Shown here one piece after another: positions 12,161 to 23,485 of a stretch of DNA of 64,000 bases; position 1 is the stretch's first letter, and each line of letters starts with the position of its first letter. The DNA comes from the human T2T-CHM13v2.0 reference genome, Homo sapiens. The translations under genes were made by a program, and so were the position numbers. The stretch lies in NCBI RefSeq assembly GCF_009914755.1, contig NC_060938.1; one strand, given 5' to 3'. The notes below the pieces were generated by a model. That model was not told where the DNA came from and ran no database searches. It worked only from the letters and a program-made list of their open reading frames with translations.

Positions 12161-12635
12161 AGTCACCAGGTAGACATCAGGCCCCAGATAGACACCAAGG
12201 TCCCAGATGTACAGCAGGCACCAACTGAACCCCAGACTCATGTGGACATCAGGCCACAGGTAGACACCAAGCCTTAGGTAGATACCTAACTTCAGGTAGA
12301 CATCAGACCCCAGGTGGACACCCAGTCCCCAGGTGGACAATCAGGCCCCAGGCACACATCAGGCCTTAAGTGGACACCCAGGCCCCAAGTTGATATCTGG
12401 CTCCCAGGTGATCACCAAGCCCCAGGTAGACACCAGGCCATAGGTGAGCAACAGGATGCAGTAGATCATCAGGCCACAGCTGGATACCAGTCCCCAGTGA
12501 ACACAAGGCCCCAGTGGGACACAGATCTAAGGCAGACATCAAGCCCCAGGTGGACGTACAGGCCTGAGGTGGAATTCACCCTGAGGGGGACATTCGGCCC
12601 CAGGTGCGCATCAGGCCTCAGGTGAATAACCAGTC
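12161..12635 (+). repeat. Detached near-identical copy of array segment 10525-10999
   Basis: Base-by-base match, e.g. agatgtacagcaggcaccaactgaaccccagactcatgtgg and ggaattcaccctgagggggacattcggccccaggtgcgcatc occur in both. Confidence 0.95.
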
Positions 12636-12762
12636 TATATATATATATATATTATATATATATCTATTTATATTGTGTTGGATATATATATCTATATCTA
12701 TATATCTATATATCTATATATATATGTATATCTATATATATCTATATTTATCTATATATATT
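12636..12762. repeat. (TA)n/(TATC)-rich simple repeat
   Basis: tatatatata...tctatatctatata, directly visible. Confidence 0.95.
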
Positions 12763-12769
12763 GTGTTGG

Positions 12770-15026
12770 ATAAATCCAACAGCACATTAAAAATTTAATT
12801 CACCATGATCAATTGAGTTTTATTCTAGAAATGCTAGGATGATTCAACATATGCAAATCAATAAATGTGATTCATCACATAAAGTTAAAAACAAAAACCA
12901 CAGGATCATTTCAATTGATGTTGAAAAGACAATCATAAAATAGGAGAAAATATTTGTAAACTATCCATCTGACAAGGGATTAACAACTAGAATATATAAG
13001 GAGCTCAAACAACTCTATAGAAAAAATCTGATCATCCAATTTAAAAATGGGCAAAAGATCTTGCTCAAAAGAAGACATATAAATGGCAAACAGGCATGTG
13101 AAAAAGTGCTCAACATCATTGCTCATCAGAGAAATGCAAACCAAAACTACAAGACGAATCATCTAACCCTAGTTAAGATGGCTTATATCCAAAAGACAGG
13201 CAGTAAGAAATACTGGCTAGGATGTGGAGAAAAGGGAACCCACTATTGGTGGGAATGTAAATTAGTACAATTACTATGGAGAACAGTTTGGAGGTTTCTC
13301 AAAAAAAAAACAAAAACAAAAATAGAGCTACCATATGACCCAGCAATGCCATTGGTAGGTATATATAAGAAAGAAAGGAAATCAGGATATCTGAGAGATA
13401 CCTGCACTCCCATGCATATTGCAGCACTATTCACAATAGCCATGATTTGGAAGCAACCTGTGTGTCCATGAACAGATGAATAAATAAAGAAAATGTGGTT
13501 AATATACACAATAGAGTAATATACAGCCATGAAAAAGAATGAGATCCTGTTATCTGCAACAGCATGGATAGAACTGGAGGTTATTATGTTAAATAAAATA
13601 AGCCAGGGACAGAAAGACAAATTTTCCATGTTCTCACTTATTTGTGGGAGCTAAAACTTAAAATAACTGGATTTATGGAGATAGAGAATAGAGTAATGGT
13701 TACCAGAGATGGAAGAATAGTAGGGTTAAGGGGAAGAATGAATAATCGGCATAAAAATACAGTTAGATAGAATAAGTAAGATCTAGTATTTGATAGAACA
13801 ACAAGGTGACTATAGCCAAACATAATTTATAGTACATTTAAAAATAACTAAAAGAGCATAATTGCATTGTTTGTAACACAAAGAAAGGGTAAATGTTTGA
13901 AGTGATGGATACCCCATTTACCGTGATGTAATTATTATACATCGTATGCCCGTAGAAAAATATCTCATGTACCCCATAAACATATACAGTCAGTGTGTAC
14001 CCATAAAAATTTAAAAAGGAAAAGATAAAATAAACAACCTGATATTACAACTCTAGTAACTAATAAAAAAAGAACAAACTAAACCCAAAGTCAGCAGAAG
14101 GAAAGAAATAACAAGGATCTGAATAGAAATAAACAGAATAGAGACTAAAACTACAATAGAAAAGAACCCAATGTAATAAAGAGTATTTTTTTCAGAAGGA
14201 TAAACAAATCAACAAGCCTTTAGCCAGACCAAGGAAAAAGGAGAAAGGACTCAAATATTAATACAATCAAAAGTGAAAAGGGAGACATTACAACTGATAC
14301 CACAGAAATATAAAAGCTCATAAGAAAAAAAGCTCATAAGAGAGTACTATGAAAAATTGTACAGTAACAAATTGAATAAAGCAGATGAAATAAATAAATT
14401 CCAAGATACATGCAAGATACCAATACTGAATCATGAAGAAAAAGTAAGTACGAACAGACCAAAAATGAATAAGATTGAATTGTAATAAAGTCTCCCATCA
14501 AAGAGAAGCCCAAAATAGCTTTACTGTTGTATTCTACCAAACATTTAAATAATTAGCAATCCTCAAACTCTTCCAAAAAAAATCTAAGAGGAAGGAATAC
14601 TTCACTTCCAAACTTTTTTTACATGGCCAACATTACTCTGATACCAAAGTCAGCCAAGAACAAGAAAAAGAAAAGAAAAGAAAAATTACAGGCCAATATC
14701 CCTGATGAACATAGATGCAAGAATCCTCAATCAAATACTAGCACACTGAATTCAACAGCACATTAAAAAGATAACTTACCATGCTCAAGTGGATTTACCC
14801 CAAGGATACAAGGTGGATCAACATACATAAATCTATAAATGTGATATACAACATTAACAAAATGAAGCCCCAAAATTATATAATCATCTAATTAGATGCA
14901 GAAATGGCATTTGAAAAATTCAACATTGTTTCATGAAAAGATTCTCAACAGAGTTGGTTTAGAAGAAATATACTTCAACACAATAAAGACCATGTATTAC
15001 AAGCCTACAGCTCACATTATACTCAA
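12770..15026 (+). mobile_element. Cluster of L1 fragments (ORF2 pieces and an L1MA-type 3' end at ~12930-14020)
   Basis: ORF 13061-13471 resembles the ORF2 C-terminus (THYWWECKLVQLLWRTVWRFL, IELPYDPA); 3' UTR motifs gtgatggataccccatttacc, tctcatgtaccccataaa. Confidence 0.88.
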
Positions 15027-15437
15027 TGTACCCTCCAAATCCCAGGCTGAATTGTGATCCCCAGTGTCAGAGGGGGTGCCTGGTGGGAGGTGTCTGTGTT
15101 ATGGAGGTGAATCCCTCATGGGATGGTGATGGTATCCAACCCAACCCTCAGGAATGGGTTTGCATTTTACCCGTAGTAGAGTTACCATCAGATCTGTTGG
15201 TTAAAAAGAGTGTGGGACAACCCCCTCCCCACCTTTCTCCCTCTCTTGCCATGTGACACACCTGCTCCCCCTTTGCTTTCTTCAATGAGTAAAAGCTTCC
15301 TTAGGCTTCAGAAGCTAAGAAGATGCTGATGCCACGCTTGTACTGACTGCAGGACCATGAGCCAAATAAACCTCTTTTCTTTATAAATTACTCAGTCTCA
15401 GGTATTCCTTTATAGCAATGTAAAATGGACTAAAACA
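15027..15437 (+). mobile_element. MaLR LTR (MST/MLT1A-like)
   Basis: cctggtgggaggtg...cttgccatgtgacac...gagccaaataaacctcttttctttataaattactcagtctcaggtattcctttatagcaatg...ggactaaaaca. Confidence 0.88.
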
Positions 15438-15843
15438 AATGTTATTGGTGATTTATGCAATGGCCATTTTAAAGGTGTGGTGGGGGGAAGCCATATTTAA
15501 ATATATTAGAGGTGAGAAAGACATGAGGAAAAGATGAAGATTCCTTACGGTCTCTCAAGTATGGCAGTCACGCTCCTGCCTTGTGGCCCGTATACATGCC
15601 ATCTCCTCTGCCTGGAATGCTCTTTTCCCAGATATTTATGTTTCTTTCCCCCACACTCCCTTCAAATCTTTGACCAAATATCACCTTTTCAGTGAGGCCT
15701 TTCCTGACTAGCTATTGAAAATTCCACCCAGGGGAATTGAGAGATATCGGTCAAAAGGTACAATGTTTCAGCTAAACAGGATGAATAAGTTTTGGAGATC
15801 TACTGTACAACATAGTGACTGTAGTTAATAGTCATGTGTTATA

Positions 15844-16176
15844 CCATTGTCCCTAAATATCTGCAATATCTGGGGGGTGATTTGTTCCAGGACTCCCCAA
15901 GGACACCGAAATCCTGGGATGTTCAAGTCCCTTATATAAAATGATGTAATTTTATATTTGCATGTAATCTATGCATATTCTTCCATACACTTTAAATCAT
16001 CTATAGATTACTTATAATACTAATAAAATATAAATGTTTTATAAATAGTTGTTATAACGTATTTTTTTTATTTTTACTGCTTTTATTGTATTTTTTGTGG
16101 GTTTTTTGTCCTAATAGTTTCTATCCAGTTGGTTGGATGCCTGAATGTGGAACTCATGGAAACATAGGGCCAAAAG
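15844..16176. mobile_element. MER2-like TcMar-Tigger DNA transposon inside an L1M 3'-end fragment (~15730-16345)
   Basis: ttccaggactcccc...caagtcccttatataaaatg...tttaaatcatctatagattacttataatac; TA at both ends. Confidence 0.8.
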
Positions 16177-18033
16177 TATACTTGAAGTTTTTAGAAGAGA
16201 TTTTAAATGTTCTCATACAATAAAATGAAAGTATGTGGAAGTGATAAATATGTTAGTTTGAATTAATCGTTTCACCATGTATACATACCAAAAAATCATC
16301 TTGTATGCCACAAATACATACAGTTTTTAAAATATAAAATAAAAAATATTCAATCACCTATTATAAAGCAAGCACATATTGAACAAGTGCCAAGTTAATC
16401 TCATATACTGGATAATGATTCCATGGAAAGTAGCCTTGCTTAATTGGGAAAAGACCCAAGTGACAGAGTAGCTCCCTATGGAAAATTGTAACTGGTTTAA
16501 GTGACAGCTTAAACTCCAGAATGTCTCACCAAACAGTCAAATATATCTCTGCTCATAAGTATATTTCTCAATGAATTGTTATCAACTGATACTCCTGTGT
16601 AAAGGTACCTAGTTCAAGAAACTGAATATTATCAGCATCCCAAAATCCCAACCTTTTCATTGAGGCTTTCCCTAACTACCTATTGAAAATTGCGCCCAGG
16701 GGATATGGGGAGACGTTTGTCAAAGGGTACAATGTTTCAGCTAAAAAGGATGAATAAGTTCTGGATATCTACTGTACACCATTAACCTTAAGAGAGATCT
16801 CAAAAAGGAAAAGAACTCACACACAAAAAAATTGCTGTAAAGGATACACATGAAAGACATAGAAGGGAGGTGGAGGGAATGCAGAGAGCTGTGGGCTGAG
16901 TCTGAGCCTCAAGGCTTTTTCAGCATAAAACACCGCAAAGACTGTTGATAAGCAAGCCTGTCCCCCATTTACTAAGCTTAGGCAATTAACTTTATGTGTC
17001 AAAATTTTATCAGTACCCAACACTGATTTAAGGACTCAACACTCTGAATTGAGAAAACCTAAAGTACAAAAAGTTACCTCAAAGGTAGGTGAGACTCTCT
17101 AACAGCTCAAATATATGTCTTCAATGTGTTCTAATTGCAAATTACTTACAATTTGGCACAACATATTGGGAGAGAGGAGTAGTGGAATGGTAAAAATCAA
17201 ACCTAACTTCAAAATATTGTAAATTATGGTTCTAAGATCAATCTTAATGACCCAATATGTGCAATGAGGCTCTTCTCTTCCTCCTCCATGTTACAGATGG
17301 GAACACGAAAGACTAAGCCATTCACATTACCCTAGGGAAGGCAGAGGGAAAGGGCAGTCCAGGTGTCCTGAACTGTACTGCTCACAGGGGAGGCCTGGCC
17401 CACCACTAAGTCTGGATACTTCCAAACCTATCCTTACATGAAAACAATATCTGGGGACCATTTCATTCTAATTGGTTTCGGGTCCTAGTTTCTGCCCAGT
17501 GGTCAAATCCAGAAACCCAGTCAGGACCTAGTTTCAATGAGTGGCTCTGAGCTTAGCTAATTAATGGCTTCCTGGCCCAAGAAAGCCTTCCTGTTTTTGT
17601 TTGTTTAATTAATTGTTTGCTATTGCGCTAAAATACTTTGTCTTACCTGACAATGAGTGAGCTCAGGATTATCTTGGCACATTTGGTTATGTGGTTTGAG
17701 CCCTCCCAGAGTGTTAATTGTCTACCAGCTACCCATTAAAGTTTAATACGGCAGAAGACAATGAGCTTACTAGAGATGTCACAGAGCCTTTGTTGCCATG
17801 GCAATAATTGTTGGACCAGATCACAGAGAAGGAAGTAAGAGACAAGAAAGAGAAAGGTGCAGGAAAAGCTGAAGCATAATAGTTTTTTAAAATACTCTCT
17901 AAACTTATAATGGAGTAATGTGTTTAAATTTGTGGGGGAAACCACTTTATGAGAAAGGCTGATTTTCCAACATCCTCTTAAAGAGATATGGTTTTGGTTT
18001 TATGGAAGAATGGTTTCTAAGCTACATTTCATC

Positions 18034-18342
18034 TTTTTTTTTTTTTTTTTTTTTTTTTTAGACGGAGTCTCGCACTGTCACCCAGGCTGGAGTGCAGTGG
18101 TGCGACTTCGGCTCACTGCAACTTCCGCCTCCCAGGTTCAAATGATTCTCCTTGCCTCAGCATCCCAAGTAGCTGGGATTACAGGCACCCGCCACCATGC
18201 CTGGCTAGTTTGTTTTGTATTTTTAGTAGAGACCAGGTTTCCCTATGTTGGCCAGGCTGGTCTCGAACTCCTGACCTCATGATCCGCCCGCCTCAGCCTC
18301 CCAAAGTGCTGGGATTACAGGTGTGAGCCACCATGCTCGGCC
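18034..18342 (-). mobile_element. AluS element
   Basis: Poly(T) then full antisense Alu; TSD tacatttcatctt at 18023-18035 and 18343-18355. Confidence 0.96.
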
Positions 18343-19304
18343 TACATTTCATCTTAAAATAAAAGTAAACGAATTGGGATTAATTTGGAAGCACACTGAC
18401 TACTATAATACCAAGAAGTTCATACGAAGGCAGATAGATAGCCATTAAAATGGCAGAAATTCAACAAAATTTTTAATAGATGATTGTGTCAGTGAGAAAT
18501 AGTTTTGATGTGCAGTATGAAACCTCAAATATTCCAGGGGCTCCTGCAAAGTGTAAACTTGTAGTATCCTTGACTTAGAACTGAAAGAACAGCAGGATTG
18601 GAGGTGGGTGAAAGAAAGAACCTAGTGATCTAGGTAATGTCACTTTGGATAACATTTGCTCTAAATTGCTCCCAGCATCAGTGAGTAGAGCTTGGGAGGA
18701 GTGAGTGTGTATTTCAAAGCCCAGGGCTTCAGTCAGTGTGAATGAGACAATGAGGATTATCCTGCCCTCTTGTGCTTCTGAGCCAAGGTGCCAGGGCTTA
18801 AAGAGGAGAGGAAGGAAATGAAGAAGTCACAGAGTGCCTGATTGAAGAAGCAAAGTGCAGAAACACATCCTCCTCCCGCCTCCCTGTAGAAGTCAACCTC
18901 CCCCTTGACTGCCCATCACTATCAGCATGGGATGGTGGTATATTTACTTAATTAGCTAAACGTGAATAGAGCTTAAAGTTTAGCCCTTAGGTGGGATTTT
19001 GCCGACATAGACTTCCTAGGACTTTTGTCCTATCACAGTGGCCTGTTGCACTGTGAGCTTCTTGTGTCAAAGGTTAATTAATCTTGTCTCTCTAGAGTCT
19101 AATGTTCAAATGCATGTTCATTTAACTAGGCTGTTTATTAAGTATACTGATTTAGTGACAAGATTATTTAAGAAAAAAGCCCCAAAGGTAACTTATATTG
19201 TTGACCAGAGTAAATTAAAGGTGTAAACATTTAATAACACCTAGAAGCCATATTCAGAATAAGTATAATTTTTACTAGTTATTCTAATCTTTTGAAAGAA
19301 ACAT

Positions 19305-19722
19305 CACAGTTAGAAATGAAAAAGACCATATTACCACTGACCCCACAGAAATAAAAAATAACCATCAGAAACTACTACAAACACCTCTATGCACACAAAC
19401 TTGAAAACCTGTAAGAGATGGGTAACTTCCTGAACACACCAATAACGTGCTCCAAAATTGCATCTGTAATAAATAGCCTACCAACCAAAAAATATATATA
19501 TTTTAAAAAGCTCAAGACTAGATGGATTCACAGCCAAATTCTACCAGATATGCAAAGAAGAGCCAGTACCATTTTTGCTGAAATGATTCCAAAAAAACTG
19601 AGGAGGAGGGACCCCTGTCCAACTCATTCTATGAGGCCAGCATCATCCTGATACCAAAACCTGGTAGAGACACAACAACAACAAAAAAAACTTCAAGCCA
19701 ATATCATGGATGAATACTGATA
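19305..19722 (+). mobile_element. L1 ORF2 fragment
   Basis: ttaccactgaccccacagaaata...gatggattcacagccaaattctacc...gaggccagcatcatcctgataccaaaacc. Confidence 0.85.
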
Positions 19723-19788
19723 TAAGGCAGCTTGTGATTAGTATCATGACAAAGACACAAAGATGGTAAAATAAAAATGCAAGGATGG

Positions 19789-20091
19789 GGCTGGGTGCAG
19801 TGGCTCACGCCTGTAATCCCAGCACTTCAGGAGGCCAAGGCAGGTGGATGACAAGGTCAAGAGATAGAGACCATCCTAGTCAACACGGTGAAACCCCGTT
19901 TGTACTAAAAATACAAAAATTAGCTGGGTGTGGTGGCGCATGCCTGCATTCCCAGCTACTCAGGAGGCTGAAGCAGAAGAATTGTTTGAACCTGGGAGGC
20001 AGAGGTTGCAGTGAGCTGAGATCATGACACTGCATTCAGCCTGGGGACAGAGCGAGATTCTGTCTCAAAAAAAAAAAAAAAAAAAAAAAAA
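19789..20091 (+). mobile_element. Alu (AluSc-like)
   Basis: Full dimer with aggtcaagagat and a long A tail. Confidence 0.93.
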
Positions 20092-22504
20092 CCAAACAAC
20101 AATGGAAAATGTGCTTTGGTTAGGGGAAGAGAGGAAAACATTTTGGGAAAAAAAAATGTCTTTTGAACTGGACCTTGAAGGAGGGTTTGTACAGATGTAG
20201 ATGGAGATAAATAGAATTCCAAATACAGAAAATGATCACAAAGAAGAGAACATAAGAAACTGAAGCTATTCAGAGAATGAAATGCTGTCTACTGTCTAAT
20301 TTATCTGCAAAAGAGAGTAGGGAAAAATAACACCAAGAAAGTCATTTGAAGTCAATTTGTGGAGAACTTGGGAACTTGAAATCATTGACAGCTTTTGAGC
20401 AGACGAGAATATCAAAGCTATGTTTTAGAAGTTTCTAAGTATTATGACTAAGTGATAATAAAGGTCTGAATAAACATTTTCCTCTGTAGTCTCTCAAAGT
20501 GGAAGTTTGCTTTTAGACAGATGTCTGTGGTCCTAGGGCATACATCCCTGATATCCTCAACTACTTCACAGCACTTGGTATGAGCATTCACTCACACATG
20601 AGTGTTTAGTTACACTATGTTGGCCCCTAAATGTCATAAAGTAAAAATAGAAGAGATACTAATAAATACAAGTAAATACTTCTCTCTATTAATTGGGAAG
20701 TCACATGTTCCTCTGAAGTATTTCTGTTAATTAACTTAAATGTTGCTACTTCTTATACTTTCTTCTCATATCTAAAGGATTCTGGCAAAAAAGTGCCATC
20801 CTTCTAAAAGTTATTTCTAAATTCTGTAAGTTTTTGTTCAATGTGTGACAATGTTGGAACCTCAGTATTTTCCTCACTGGGCTGTATATCCTCCAATATA
20901 TGCACAGTAACACTTGAAATGTTCCTAAACATTATGTCAAAAGTTTTGGTAACATTTTGTATCTTATTTCTCCTCAGACTGTGTCTTCCAGAAGATTTTC
21001 TGGAATCCGTCTGGTGGGCAAGCTCTTTGTAAATAATGATGCCTTAGAATAGTTGTCATTACTCTTTACTGATTCTTCAGAGAATATGTAATCATTAACT
21101 TTTTAAAGATTCATCTTGGAAGATAACTTTCCTAATGCTATAGAGGCTACATCCCAGGAGAATGTGAGTTTCATAAAGTGCATTTTTAATTTTGGGGCCG
21201 GCCACAATAAAACTCTGTCTAGCTGAAGACATAATATGATTTATAAAATAAATCATTTAGAGATTTGGTTCCTGTCAAAACGATGATGGCTTCACCTTTT
21301 GAGCACTGCTGAGAATCATGACACTCCTGTGTCAATCCCTTTTCATTCCATAATTTCTTAATGTTGGTTTATTAATGATTCTGGTTGGAAGCCTATTAAA
21401 GAGACATATATTACTAAAAGAAGCACAAACATAACTTCTAACTAGTCATACCAAAAGACTTCCCAGAGCACTGGTGTAGAGAGCAAGTTGGAAGAAAAAC
21501 TTTTGAAAATTTGTGTTTCTGCTCAAAATGTCCTCTTGACATCTAGGACTCACATCCCTCCATATTTCTGAGGAAAAGAAAAGTTTTTTTCCAGGTAACG
21601 CAAATCCCTAATATATTTTTATAAGAATGTAGGAAGAAGGAAGTTTACCTATAACAAAATAAGTGTTTGATTTCTGTCATCTGGTAAAAATTTTCAATTT
21701 TAAAAAAAAGCATATAAGGAACATCAATCTCAAAATTTTATGAAATGCCTTCAAAAGTAAAGTTTAATGTCTAGATCTTTGCAAACTTTTGTACATAATG
21801 ACTAAATCAATATTATATTGATTTTATCAATATAATAATCACTATATCAGTTTATGAAATTAAGGTAAAAGATTAATCAGAAGCTTAAAGCCTTTGCTTT
21901 CTACAGAAAACATTGCAGCTTTACAATATTAATATTAAAAATCAATATTGGTGAGTAACATTAGATAATCACTTAAGCTAACAACAGCAGCAAAAGAAAT
22001 TCAGAGATAATGGCTTTAACGTGATTGCTACCAATTTATTTTAAAATATGTGCATTTCTTTTGCATATGTAAATAATGTTAAGTAATATGTTTAGCTGAA
22101 ATGTAAATGGTCAAAACTTTCTTTACTGAGTCTATTGCACCATAAGTTGGGTTTGCAGTAAGAAACTAACACATTTGTGCCTTCTCAAAGTACTAACTTT
22201 GAGTTGTATGCTATCCAGAAACTATATTCAATCATTTCTGTCTCAAAATAATGACCTTACAAAAGGAATTTAACTTTACCTAGTTCTATCACGATTGCAT
22301 ATTAAGGAGAGATTTAGAAGATGGCAGAAGTTTGTTTTTGTTCAATCAGCTACCTACGAAGCCCAAAACTCATATACTGTATAGCCGAGAAAAAGTAAAC
22401 TACATTCTCTTCCTAATTATTCTTTTGAAAAATGACTTCATGTTCATTATCTTCTCTTCATTCTTAAAAAAGGAACACATTTTATAAAAGAGTCCTGACT
22501 GATA

Positions 22505-23485
22505 ATGTGTCCCTTGACCTTGCAGGTCACTGGCCTAATGAATGTCTCTGAGCCAAATTCCAGCTTTGCTTTTGTAAATGAATTTATACTCCAAGGTTTC
22601 ACTTGTGAGTGGACAATTCAGATCTTCCTCTTCTCACTCTTTACTACAACATATGCACTGACTATAACAGGGAATGGAGCCATTGCTTTTGTCCTGTGGT
22701 GTGACTGGCGACTTCACACTCCCATGTACATGTTCCTGGGAAATTTCTCCTTTTTAGAGATATGGTATGTCTCTTCTACAGTTCCCAAGATGTTGGTCAA
22801 CTTCCTTTCAGAGAAAAAAAACATCTCCTTTGCTGGATGTTTTCTCCAGTTTTATTTCTTCTTCTCTTTGGGTACATCAGAATGCTTGCTTTTGACTGTG
22901 ATGGCCTTTGATCAGTACCTTGCTATCTGCCGTCCCTTGCTCTATCCTAATATCATGACTGGGCATCTCTGTGCCAAACTGGTCATACTGTGCTGGGTTT
23001 GTGGATTTCTGTGGTTCCTGATCCCCATTGTTCTCATCTCTCAGATGCCCTTCTGTGGCCCAAACATTATTGACCATGTTGTGTGTGACCCAGGGCCACG
23101 ATTTGCATTGGATTGTGTTTCTGCCCCAAGAATCCAACTGTTTTGCTACACTCTAAGCTCATTAGTTATTTTTGGTAACTTCCTCTTTATTATTGGATCC
23201 TATACTCTTGTCCTGAAAGCTGTGTTGGGTATGCCTTCAAGCACTGGGAGACATAAGGCCTTCTCTACCTGTGGGTCTCATTTGGCTGTGGTATCACTGT
23301 GCTATAGCTCTCTTATGGTCATGTATGTGAGCCCAGGACTCGGACATTCTACAGGGATGCAGAAAATTGAAACTTTGTTCTATGCTATGGTGACCCCACT
23401 CTTCAATCCCCTTATCTATAGCCTCCAGAATAAGGAGATAAAGGCAGCCCTGAGGAAAGTTCTGGGAAGTTCCAACATAATCTAA
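22505..23485 (+). CDS. OR11H12: Olfactory receptor, family 11 subfamily H (best recall OR11H12; near-identical to OR11H1/OR11H2)
   Basis: 326-aa uninterrupted ORF with OR motifs GN (TM1), LHTPMYMFL, MAFDQYLAICRPLLY, KAFSTCGSHL, PLFNPLIYSL and N-terminal NVS/NSS glycosylation sites; paralogue assignment from recalled residues (GFTC, CDWRL, PGPRF), unverified. Confidence 0.9.
   Translation: MCPLTLQVTGLMNVSEPNSSFAFVNEFILQGFTCEWTIQIFLFSLFTTTYALTITGNGAIAFVLWCDWRLHTPMYMFLGNFSFLEIWYVSSTVPKMLVNFLSEKKNISFAGCFLQFYFFFSLGTSECLLLTVMAFDQYLAICRPLLYPNIMTGHLCAKLVILCWVCGFLWFLIPIVLISQMPFCGPNIIDHVVCDPGPRFALDCVSAPRIQLFCYTLSSLVIFGNFLFIIGSYTLVLKAVLGMPSSTGRHKAFSTCGSHLAVVSLCYSSLMVMYVSPGLGHSTGMQKIETLFYAMVTPLFNPLIYSLQNKEIKAALRKVLGSSNII

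Noticed and set aside
6421-12635. Regularly spaced repeats suggestive of a CRISPR array, and many 60-126-aa ORFs
   Set aside because: Units are contiguous and degenerate with no unique spacers or cas genes, in eukaryotic DNA; the ORFs are repeat translations
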